Assembly (NCBI RefSeq): GCF_000007225.1
Contig: NC_003364.1
Coordinates: 1,327,480 to 1,359,479, forward strand
DNA: 32,000 nucleotides
DNA from: Pyrobaculum aerophilum str. IM2
GTDB taxonomy: Archaea > Thermoproteota > Thermoprotei > Thermoproteales > Thermoproteaceae
Direction of reading: 5' to 3'
Shown here: piece by piece, positions 24,041-32,000 of the stretch
Layout of the letters: every line of letters starts with the position of its first letter
Numbering within the stretch: the stretch's first letter is position 1
The notes under the pieces: generated by a model
What the model saw: the letters and a program-made list of their open reading frames with translations, nothing else
Database searches by the model: none
What the model was told of the DNA's origin: nothing
Program-made: the position numbers and the translations under genes

Positions 24041-25783
24041 ATGAGCAAGCAAGTGGTAGAGCAAGTTATTGCCCGTGAGGAAAAGCCGCACTTGCTCGTC
24101 GATATATCGAGATTTAATTTGCCGGAGAGATATAAGTCAACGTTGTTAAATGAAAAGTGGCAGTCCACCCTTAAGAGGCAATTCGCCTTGCCCCAACACA
24201 CGAGAGTGGTGAAAGCCACTCTATCCCTGTGTCCAGTGTGTAACGCGAGAATACCTGCTGTGGTGTACGAAGAGGGAGGGGCTATTTGGCTGAAAAAGAG
24301 GTGTCCAGAGCATGGGGTGTTTGAAGATCTCTATTGGGGAGACGCCGAGATGTATTACTTCTTCCTCCAGTGGGATAGGCCTGAGTACATCGCAAAGGGC
24401 CTTGCCAACCCGTATACAGACTTGGAGTTTTACAAAGACATGGGCTCGTGTCCCGAGGGCTGCGGCCTATGCCCGGTTCACAAATCTAACACTGTGCTGG
24501 CCATTATAGATGTGACTAATAGGTGTAACATGGCGTGTCCCGTGTGTTTTGCCAACGCCGGCGCGGCGGGGTATGTCTATGAGCCGACGCTGGAGCAGAT
24601 AGAATACATGCTCAGGACTTTAAGGGCGCAGAAGCCCTGGCCGCCAAACGCCATTCAAATATCAGGCGGCGAGCCTACTTTGAGAGACGACTTGCCGGAA
24701 ATTGTGAGAATGGCTAAGAGGCTGGGCTTTACCCACGTTGAAGTTAACACAAACGGCATTAGGCTGGCCAACGACATTGAGTACTACAAAGCGCTACTTG
24801 ACGCCGGCATATCTACGCTTTATTTACAGTTCGATACGATAGACGAGAAGAATGAGGGAGTGTGGAGGCATAGGCTGTACCACCCCAAGGCGTATAGGAT
24901 AATAAAAGAAAAGGTGATTGAAAACGCGCGGAAGCTGGGTCACCGCTCTATTGTGCTGGTGGTCACTCTCGCCCGGAATTATAACGACAAGGACTTGGGC
25001 ACGATTATAGACTTCGCTATTCGTAATAGAGACGTGGTAAGATGGGTCAATATACAGCCGGTGAGCTTCTCAGGCAGGGCCAGGCTTTATTCAAAGGAAG
25101 AGTTGAGAAAATACCGCATTACAATTCCCGACACAATAATTGAAATAGAGAAGCAGACAGGAGGGGTGATAAGTAGATGGGACTGGCGGCCTACTAACTG
25201 GCCCGTAGCCGTGGCGAAAATGGTAGAGGCTCTAACGGATTCGCCAAAGCCGCTGTTCTCAATGAACCCCATGTGCGGCGCCGCGACGTTTATTTACTAC
25301 GACGAAGATGAGAAACGCATATACCCAATCACAAAACTAGTAGATGTAGACGCATTTGAAAAAGGCGCTTGGGATGTCTACTACACGGCTATAAAAGGAG
25401 GCATATACAAACAGACGGCAAAGGTAAAGGCCCTCAAGTTGTTAAAGGCAGTAAAGCATAAGAGGGTGAAAGACCTCATCTACGACTTCCTTGTCAAGAA
25501 AGACTACGAGTCGCTAGGCCGCTTCTTCTTTAACGTGGTCGGCATAGGGATAATGCACTTCATGGACACTATGAACTACGACGTAGAGAGAGTACAACGT
25601 TGCGACATCCACTACGCCACGCCAGACGGCCGCGTGTTCCCGTTCTGCACGTACAACGTAGTGGGCCACCGGGAGAAGGTGGAGAACTCGTTTAAAGTCG
25701 ACCCAAAAGTCTGGGTAAAAGTAACCGGCCTATCCCTAACTGGCTGGAGCAAACAGAAATTCGCCGAGCTGAACAAGTCTTAA
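24041..25783 (+). CDS. Large radical SAM protein with N-terminal Cys4 ribbon; candidate tetraether lipid synthase (Tes/GDGT-MAS, MJ0619-like family)
   Basis: 580 aa. N-terminal CPVCNARIPAVVYEEGGAIWLKKRCPEHG (rubredoxin/zinc-ribbon-like Cys/His set). Extra Cys cluster CPEGCGLCPVH. Radical SAM motif NRCNMACPVCFANAG and the ISGGEPTLR motif. The family assignment is from memory of the MJ0619-type architecture. Confidence 0.5.
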   Translation: MSKQVVEQVIAREEKPHLLVDISRFNLPERYKSTLLNEKWQSTLKRQFALPQHTRVVKATLSLCPVCNARIPAVVYEEGGAIWLKKRCPEHGVFEDLYWGDAEMYYFFLQWDRPEYIAKGLANPYTDLEFYKDMGSCPEGCGLCPVHKSNTVLAIIDVTNRCNMACPVCFANAGAAGYVYEPTLEQIEYMLRTLRAQKPWPPNAIQISGGEPTLRDDLPEIVRMAKRLGFTHVEVNTNGIRLANDIEYYKALLDAGISTLYLQFDTIDEKNEGVWRHRLYHPKAYRIIKEKVIENARKLGHRSIVLVVTLARNYNDKDLGTIIDFAIRNRDVVRWVNIQPVSFSGRARLYSKEELRKYRITIPDTIIEIEKQTGGVISRWDWRPTNWPVAVAKMVEALTDSPKPLFSMNPMCGAATFIYYDEDEKRIYPITKLVDVDAFEKGAWDVYYTAIKGGIYKQTAKVKALKLLKAVKHKRVKDLIYDFLVKKDYESLGRFFFNVVGIGIMHFMDTMNYDVERVQRCDIHYATPDGRVFPFCTYNVVGHREKVENSFKVDPKVWVKVTGLSLTGWSKQKFAELNKS

Positions 25784-25799
25784 AACCCGCGTTTTTCTC

Positions 25800-27632
25800 T
25801 TACGCAAGTAATTTCCTCCCCAGCACAGCACCTATTCCCAGTATCGAAATTATTGCGGCTATTGATAATAGCGAAATATTATTGCGGCGAGGGGCCTCTT
25901 CGGCGAGTTTTATCGCCGGCAGTGTTATATTTTTCATGGCAATTGGCAACTCTACGACATACTGCAGTTCTACTCTTGATATGTTTACCACGGCGTAGTA
26001 CTTATTGAGTAAATCAATACGGGCCTCAGTCTCTTTTCTCCGTGCCTCAATCATTTGCGTGTAGTTTTCGGCCACAGAGCGCACGAGGCCTATTTTGGGC
26101 AACGTCTTTAGCTGGTCAAGTCTGTAGCGTTCAAGCTCTTCCGCCGATTTTAGGAGTTGCTCCCCTACGCCGTCTAAAATCTTAGTGGCGTTGTATATGG
26201 GGTTGATTAGTTTAAGCACATACCCGCCCGTGTTATAGAGATTTTGCGAAACGGCGAGTAAGTTTTTAGATGCGTTGAGGATAACGGCGGGCATTTCGCC
26301 TCTTAAAACAGTGGCATTCCCCCTGGCATAGCTGGCCGTTTTGTTTAATAAAGGAGCCAGCTCGTCGAAGCTGTTTTTAAGAGATTTTAGAGTTGAAACC
26401 GTGGAGTCAATAATGGAAATTGTGGAATCAACAGTTGATATGAGAGTGTCCACTGTGTCCCGCAAGGCGTATAATTGAGCTGAGACGGAGTCCAGTAGGC
26501 CTAGGGAGGTTTTAACAACGTCTTGGGCCAGGGAGCTGTTTAGGGCTATGTTGGAGAGCCGCCTCTTCGCCGCCTCTACCTCCGCTATTATTCTGCTGAG
26601 GGAGTCCCGGGCTTTTAACAAATTGCCCCTAATGGAGTACAACTGCGCCCTTGTGTTCTCAAGGCTTCTAACAGCGTCTGCCGACGCTTTGCTGTAAGAT
26701 GTCAGCGCCGCTGATTGGACCTCTAATAAATTAGCCGCAGTTATAAGAGCTACATACTGGTAGTCAACAAGAAGCCGGCTTTGGTTAAGCGTAATCGCCA
26801 CGCCCCGGGCGGCGTCTCCCAATGCCATTATCTGCCTCCTCAAGGCCTCAAGCGCGTAAACAGAGGCGTTGAGAGCAACAGCGCCTTGGCGCAACGCCGT
26901 GCCTGTTATGTTTAGAAGCTGAACTAGTCTCGTGAGGTTTTGCAACTGGCTGTACGCCACATCTGAGAAAACGGCGGCGGCCGTCGCGAGGCCTTTTATT
27001 TGATTTTCCACCGAATTGATATTTTCCACTTCTCTGCGCAATATAACAAGAGTGTCGTTAATATCAAGCGCCGTGGACGCCACAACAGCCGGCATTCTCA
27101 CGGCGCCGAAGCTCCCGAACTGTCTAATCTTAAAGGCTAAATAGAACTCGGTGTAGTTGTTAACCACAACGCTCCAGTAGTAAACAGTTGAGCCGGAGAT
27201 TTGGGAAATAGAAGTTGGTTGCTCCTCATATAAAACCGCTATTTTATCGTCAGCAGTTACTGTGATAATCACGGGAATTGATATGGGAAGTAATGCGTAC
27301 ATTTTCAGCCTTACGACAATAAGAGTGTTCTCATCGGCTTGGAGTACGCCATTGGAGTATGACCCGTTGACGTACTCCACTACTGGGTCTACCCTTAAAA
27401 ACGGCGGATATACGTTTTTCACGTCCCGTTCTATTATAACAGCTGAATATGGGGGAAGGACTAAGCCAGACTTATTAACTGCCAGCGGCGAGTTGTTTAC
27501 AACAACCCCTCTAATCTTTGCCGCGACGTCTATAGTGCCGTCTGGCTTGATGGAATAAGTCAGAACAAGGGACTCAGCAGCAGAGGCGATATACGCCAAT
27601 AATAACAAGAGCACAGCCAAGCCCAGCCTCAT
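25800..27632 (-). CDS. Secreted, C-terminally membrane-anchored, sequon-rich coiled-coil surface protein (last gene of the ABC operon)
   Basis: 610 aa. Signal peptide MRLGLAVLLLLLAYIASAAES. Beta-rich region of about 190 aa, then about 380 aa of Ala/Leu/Ser/Asn-rich helix. C-terminal TM LLSIAAIISILGIGAVLG followed by RKLLA. About 18 N-x-S/T sequons by my count. The start overlaps the ATPase gene by 4 nt. Confidence 0.7.
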   Translation of the reverse strand: MRLGLAVLLLLLAYIASAAESLVLTYSIKPDGTIDVAAKIRGVVVNNSPLAVNKSGLVLPPYSAVIIERDVKNVYPPFLRVDPVVEYVNGSYSNGVLQADENTLIVVRLKMYALLPISIPVIITVTADDKIAVLYEEQPTSISQISGSTVYYWSVVVNNYTEFYLAFKIRQFGSFGAVRMPAVVASTALDINDTLVILRREVENINSVENQIKGLATAAAVFSDVAYSQLQNLTRLVQLLNITGTALRQGAVALNASVYALEALRRQIMALGDAARGVAITLNQSRLLVDYQYVALITAANLLEVQSAALTSYSKASADAVRSLENTRAQLYSIRGNLLKARDSLSRIIAEVEAAKRRLSNIALNSSLAQDVVKTSLGLLDSVSAQLYALRDTVDTLISTVDSTISIIDSTVSTLKSLKNSFDELAPLLNKTASYARGNATVLRGEMPAVILNASKNLLAVSQNLYNTGGYVLKLINPIYNATKILDGVGEQLLKSAEELERYRLDQLKTLPKIGLVRSVAENYTQMIEARRKETEARIDLLNKYYAVVNISRVELQYVVELPIAMKNITLPAIKLAEEAPRRNNISLLSIAAIISILGIGAVLGRKLLA

Positions 27633-28393
27633 AGCCCCAATAATTCATCTATGCGCTTAAGCTTTTCATACGCCGACAAAGCGCGGTCAATATCTATTTT
27701 GAGCTCCCTTCTGGGCGGCTCAATTGCCTCGTAAACACGGCCGCCTCGCATATAGATCACTCGCGTGGCAATACGCGCGACATCGGGATCGTGTGTGGCG
27801 ACAAATACCGTGGTTTTCATGAGCTTATTAGTCACGGCTATGAGGCCCAGCACAACTGCCGCGTTCTCCAGGTCGATGTTAGATGTCGGCTCATCTAGTA
27901 TGAGTATCGGCGGGTTTGTGGCGAGGGCCCTCGCTATTGCCACTCGTTGTTGCATACCCCCGGACATTTGATGCGGATAGAGCGTGGCCGCCTTCTCAAG
28001 GCCGACGTATTCCAACAGCGCCCTAGCCCGGAGCAGGGCGAGTTCTTTCTTTACGCCAAGGGCCATAAGAGGCAGTGCCACGTTTTGTTCTGCGGTTAAA
28101 TAAGGCACTAGGTTAAAACTCTGAAAGAGATAGCCAATATTCCTAAGCCTAAAACGCTCCAGCCTGCCCTCCGGGAGCTTTCCCACGTCTGTACCCATGA
28201 TATATACCTCGCCGCTAGTGGGTCTGTCGAGCGTCGCTATGATGTTTAACATTGTCGTTTTACCAGAGCCTGAGGGGCCCATTAGTACAATTACTTCGCC
28301 CGCCTCAACTGATAAAGTCACGTCGTCTAAGGCGACAATCTTCACCGCGCCGTTGCCGTATATTTTAGTAACTCTGCGTAACTCTACCGCCAT
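27629..28393 (-). CDS. ABC transporter ATP-binding protein, MacB/LolD/FtsE-like
   Basis: Walker A GPSGSGKTT, Q-loop, signature MSGGMQQR, Walker B ILILDEPTS and the H-loop ATHD. Confidence 0.9.
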   Translation of the reverse strand: MAVELRRVTKIYGNGAVKIVALDDVTLSVEAGEVIVLMGPSGSGKTTMLNIIATLDRPTSGEVYIMGTDVGKLPEGRLERFRLRNIGYLFQSFNLVPYLTAEQNVALPLMALGVKKELALLRARALLEYVGLEKAATLYPHQMSGGMQQRVAIARALATNPPILILDEPTSNIDLENAAVVLGLIAVTNKLMKTTVFVATHDPDVARIATRVIYMRGGRVYEAIEPPRRELKIDIDRALSAYEKLKRIDELLGL

Positions 28394-29523
28394 GACTGTA
28401 CAATTTCAAGCGGCCTCAGCTGTGCGATTTTACGTATTGGGGAGAGGGCGCCTATTACTGCCACTCCCAGCGACGTGGCAAATCCCGTAACTGCGTATGT
28501 ATACCTAAAAGTAATTGCCACGTCGAAGTTAACCCCCATGTTAATAAGTAACTGTTTAACGACGTTTGCGCCGTAAAAGCCTATCGCTACGCCGCCAATT
28601 CCCGCTAGGAGAGCGATTATGACAACCTCGGCGAGTACGGACAGAACAATGTCGCGAGACGGTATCCCCATCGCCTTGAGAAGGCCGAACTCTCTAAGCC
28701 TCTCTCTCACTGTTATGGACATCACGGCGAAAGTAGTAATAGCCGCAGTGGCCAGCGCGGCACTGCTAATTACTGAAAAAACCACATTTAACGCGTTAAA
28801 CACTTTTGTCACAGTCTCCAGCAAGCTCTCCTGCGTATATACCTGCGCATCTGTATACGTCTCCTTAAGTGAAGTGTACAACGCCTTTACCTCAGCCTTG
28901 TTCTTCGCCGTGATGAGCACTGTGTTTACAAAAGGCCCTGTGTTTAAACTCCGCTGGAGCCAGTCAAGAGGCACAACCACTAAATTAAGCCTAAAAGCGC
29001 CGACAAAGCCCTTGAGAAAACTCCGCATAACTCCCACAACTCTCACTTGAATAGTCCTCTCGCCGCCAATAGTGCCCGAGTAGATTTTGATAATAGCGAC
29101 ATCGCTTGGTTTTAACCCCAGCGATTCCTCCACTACTGCCTCGCCGTCTGCCGACGGCAAGCGCCCTTCAATTAAATCTATGGCAAAATAATCGACGTCT
29201 CTAAGCGGAATGCCGACTATAGACACCACTTTGCCGTTGAATACGCCCGTCGTAATAATTATGCCCTCGGCCGACGCCACCGCGGGGCTTTTCCTAAGAA
29301 CGTCAAGCAAATAGAGAGGTATGTTAATAGAGTCAGAATACATCATAATATCAGCTGGGTACACCCTAAGCAAAGTCTGTTCTACATAGCTCCTCGTCGC
29401 GTCGCTAACAGCCATTAACGCCACGAGCAAGGCAACTCCGACGCCTATGGCAAGCGCTGTCAGCGCGTATCGCATAATCCTGGCTTTGAAGTCGCCCAAG
29501 GCAATAAGCAAGACGTGTTGCAC
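28384..29523 (-). CDS. ABC transporter permease, MacB/FtsX-like (4 TM with a large extracytoplasmic domain)
   Basis: 379 aa. TM1 is near the N-terminus, followed by an extracytoplasmic domain of about 200 aa and then three C-terminal TM helices (FtsX-type). The start is GTG and the gene overlaps the ATPase gene by 10 nt. Confidence 0.8.
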   Translation of the reverse strand: MQHVLLIALGDFKARIMRYALTALAIGVGVALLVALMAVSDATRSYVEQTLLRVYPADIMMYSDSINIPLYLLDVLRKSPAVASAEGIIITTGVFNGKVVSIVGIPLRDVDYFAIDLIEGRLPSADGEAVVEESLGLKPSDVAIIKIYSGTIGGERTIQVRVVGVMRSFLKGFVGAFRLNLVVVPLDWLQRSLNTGPFVNTVLITAKNKAEVKALYTSLKETYTDAQVYTQESLLETVTKVFNALNVVFSVISSAALATAAITTFAVMSITVRERLREFGLLKAMGIPSRDIVLSVLAEVVIIALLAGIGGVAIGFYGANVVKQLLINMGVNFDVAITFRYTYAVTGFATSLGVAVIGALSPIRKIAQLRPLEIVQSWR

Positions 29524-29540
29524 ATCTCAACGCCCACGTT

Positions 29541-29562
29541 TAATATTAAAAGCTTTTATAAC
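29541..29562. promoter_or_regulatory. Back-to-back divergent TATA boxes (ABC operon / MMPL gene)
   Basis: TAATATTAAA (29541-29550) lies about 22 nt from GTG 29523 on the minus strand. CTTTTATAAC (29553-29562) lies about 24 nt from GTG 29581 on the plus strand. Confidence 0.5.
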
Positions 29563-29580
29563 AACCGGCGACTTCGCCAC

Positions 29581-32000
29581 GTGAAGAGGCTAGTGGCTGT
29601 CGCCTTCGCCGCAGTGGCTATTTACATTTTATTCGCAACGTACTCCTCCCACGTATTTGACGTGTTAATTTACGACGAGTCAAGGCTTATGCCTCCCGAT
29701 ATTGAGCCCAAACTAGTTGATGCGATTCTCAAAAACAGCACGGCCGGCGAGAGCAAGGCGAGGAGCTTGCCCGTGGTTATATTTGGCCCTCGTATAGAGG
29801 AAAAAGCCCGCAACCTTTCCCGGCTGTACCCCAACACCACTTCTGCGTGGAGTATATTGGACACGGCGCTTAATGTTTACAATGAAAAAGTCAATGAGAT
29901 TTTAGACAACGCCACGGCTAGGTTTAGAAAAGTAGCATTGGAAATCTCCAACTCTACCAAGGAAGTGTGTAAAGAATTAGAAAACTTAGCCGAGGGGTAT
30001 AGAAGGGCCAGAGAGGAGGCGAGGCGTTTGATAATGGGAACATACGGTGTCGTAGCGCTCGGCAAGGCCGTAGATAATGCCACGGGCAAATTCCTCAGCA
30101 TATACAATAACTTAGTAGGCGCATATGACATAGACACCGCGGTAAGAATAGCCGCCGACATGGCGTACGGCAACGTGTCGCGCTATTTAACTAATGTCAC
30201 TTGGAACAACTGGGCAACTGAGAAGGCGGTGGATAGCGTGGCCGCGGAAATGCTTTCCACACAGCTTAACAAGACGCTTATTGACTTGGCACGGACTGTG
30301 AGCGCCATAGGCGTACAGCAATACGTCTATCTGTCTCTTGTCAACAAAACTCCCGACGTCTTACGCCCCTATCTGCACTATCTTATATGCGGAGGAGATG
30401 TGGAAATGGCGGTCTCTATGTTTAGAAATAACTTGTTGAGAAACATAACAAACGCTTGGCCGCCCCCGTCGCTATTCTCTTTGCCTGCGGCGGCTAATTT
30501 AATATACCAGGAAAAATACGCCCTGGCCATTGTGAAAACGTATGAAGAGACGCCGCATATACCGCTTGAACTCGGCGTGCCGGTCTCAACGTCATTTTTG
30601 TTAAAAAGCTTTACTCAAGTAGTGATAGAAGATGTGTCGAAAATCGACAGGGCCACCGCCTTGGCGCTGTTTTTAGTCTTGTTGGCAATAATGGGGACAA
30701 TTTTAACCCCGGTGTTAATAGTGTCAATAGTAGGCGTGACGTACTTAGCGGTACTGGGCTTTTTCTATCAAATACACGAAGTTCAGAAAATCTACTATCT
30801 CACAGTATATATGGCTGCCCCCGTGATTTTCGCCATAGGCGTTGACTATATGCTCCTAATGGCAAGCCGATATGCAGAAGAGCGAGCTCTCGGCAAGGAG
30901 AAGTCAGAGGCCGTGGCGTCAGTGAGGCGTTATGCAAATCGGGCAATTGCAGCTAGCGCGGCTGTAGTCGCCACGTCGTTGGGCTCTTTTACGATATCCA
31001 GACTGCCCTTTATGCAATCTATAGGTATTGGCTATATTATAACTACGATTTTTATTGTTCTCTCTGTATTCCTAATATTCCCGGCGGCGTTGTACATACT
31101 CGGCGACAAGGTCTTCTGGCCTAAGAAAACAGTCTCTATACACTCCGGCAGATCTAAACTAATGGAAATGGCGGTTTCCACGGCCTTGAAAAAGCCGCTT
31201 ACTATAATTCTTATAGCCGTAACAGTGACGTTGCTGTCATTCCTCTTTCTTATTACGGCGTTAAAAGTGACTACAAACCCCGTAGTGGCAATGCCCGAGA
31301 CTCAGTATAAAAAAGCATTGGAAATCGCCACGACTTACTTCTCGAACATAACAGCGCTTTCCACGACGTATATACTAATGGAAAAACCTCCGCCACCCGG
31401 GTTTTTAACAGAGCTGGAAAAAATGCCGCACTTTGTAAATTACACAGTGGAGAAACGGGGAAATTGGTACGTAATATCGCTAAAACTATCCGTAGAGGAG
31501 ACCTCAGACGAACTCCTAAAAGTATATAGAAAACTTGACGAGTTGCGCGCGGCGTATGGGCCTTATCTAATTGGGGGATCAGCCTCGTGGAAAAATATAA
31601 TATTCCAAGAGATATACGTCCAGTTCTGGAATATGCAAGTTTATTTAGTTTTAGTAGTAGTTTTTATAATTCTATCTATCTTGCTAAAGAGCTTCTTAAT
31701 CCCTCTGCGTCTAATCGCAACTGTGCTTATGTCAATATCGTGGAGCTTGGCTTTAGAAGTCTTTATATTCCAAGAGCTATTGGGAGAGCCGACCTACTGG
31801 CTCGTCCCCATAATACTATTTGCCTTTTTAATGGCGGTGGGCACTGATTACGACATTTTCATAATAACGCGTATACGCGAGGAGCTCGAGCGGGGCGCTG
31901 AGGAGAAAGAGGCCGTGCGTAAGGCAATTGTCACCACGGGGCCTGTGATAACTGGGGCGGCTATAATCCTAGCCGCCGCCTTTTCAACGCTACTGCTCTC
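29581..32000 (+). CDS. MMPL/RND-superfamily membrane transporter, 5' 806 codons (continues beyond the right edge)
   Basis: I translated this frame codon by codon from GTG 29581 to the window end and found no stop. It has an N-terminal TM, then a sequon-rich extracytoplasmic domain of about 340 aa, then TM bundles with the duplicated MMPL motifs GVDYMLLMASRYAEE and GTDYDIFIITRIREE. It is missing from the ORF track because it has no stop in the window. Confidence 0.85.
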   Translation, partial: MKRLVAVAFAAVAIYILFATYSSHVFDVLIYDESRLMPPDIEPKLVDAILKNSTAGESKARSLPVVIFGPRIEEKARNLSRLYPNTTSAWSILDTALNVYNEKVNEILDNATARFRKVALEISNSTKEVCKELENLAEGYRRAREEARRLIMGTYGVVALGKAVDNATGKFLSIYNNLVGAYDIDTAVRIAADMAYGNVSRYLTNVTWNNWATEKAVDSVAAEMLSTQLNKTLIDLARTVSAIGVQQYVYLSLVNKTPDVLRPYLHYLICGGDVEMAVSMFRNNLLRNITNAWPPPSLFSLPAAANLIYQEKYALAIVKTYEETPHIPLELGVPVSTSFLLKSFTQVVIEDVSKIDRATALALFLVLLAIMGTILTPVLIVSIVGVTYLAVLGFFYQIHEVQKIYYLTVYMAAPVIFAIGVDYMLLMASRYAEERALGKEKSEAVASVRRYANRAIAASAAVVATSLGSFTISRLPFMQSIGIGYIITTIFIVLSVFLIFPAALYILGDKVFWPKKTVSIHSGRSKLMEMAVSTALKKPLTIILIAVTVTLLSFLFLITALKVTTNPVVAMPETQYKKALEIATTYFSNITALSTTYILMEKPPPPGFLTELEKMPHFVNYTVEKRGNWYVISLKLSVEETSDELLKVYRKLDELRAAYGPYLIGGSASWKNIIFQEIYVQFWNMQVYLVLVVVFIILSILLKSFLIPLRLIATVLMSISWSLALEVFIFQELLGEPTYWLVPIILFAFLMAVGTDYDIFIITRIREELERGAEEKEAVRKAIVTTGPVITGAAIILAAAFSTLLL

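Overview
This is a dense chromosomal window from a hyperthermophilic crenarchaeon of the Thermoproteales (Pyrobaculum/Thermoproteus-like, roughly half G+C by eye). It holds about 36 protein genes on both strands and very little non-coding DNA. Many neighbouring genes overlap by 1-23 nt. TATA boxes sit about 22-26 nt upstream of start codons, which fits leaderless mRNAs. Housekeeping content: Ard1/RimI-type acetyltransferase, class-I aminotransferase, Nudix hydrolase, a small radical-SAM protein, RNA polymerase subunit P (a 52-aa ORF missing from the ORF track), NMN adenylyltransferase, agmatinase, CDF transporter, glycyl-tRNA synthetase, tRNA-splicing endonuclease, Hsp20, nitroreductase and a TrmB-type regulator. 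Stand-out content follows. (i) A translationally coupled three-gene operon at 1075-5184 that I cannot assign to a described system. It encodes a 952-aa P-loop NTPase with a long coiled coil and a wHTH-like tail, a 171-aa protein, and a NurA-like nuclease. It is flanked by a ParA-like gene and an unlisted 46-aa ribbon-helix-helix ORF. (ii) The complete crenactin/arcadin actin-cytoskeleton cluster at 18334-23170, including an unlisted 56-aa ORF in the arcadin-3 position. (iii) A MacB-type ABC transporter operon fused to a 610-aa sequon-rich, membrane-anchored coiled-coil surface protein. It is divergent from an MMPL/RND gene that the ORF track misses because it runs off the window. (iv) A 580-aa radical-SAM protein resembling the tetraether lipid synthase (Tes/GDGT-MAS) family, divergent from the TrmB regulator. 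(v) Two C/D box sRNAs, one of them antisense to the arcadin-4 3' end. (vi) A repeat-built PaREP2-like protein next to an unassigned 420-nt gap. I recognised no rRNA, tRNA, CRISPR array, transposase or integrase. All homology calls rest on motifs read by eye and on memory of the families. No database search was possible.
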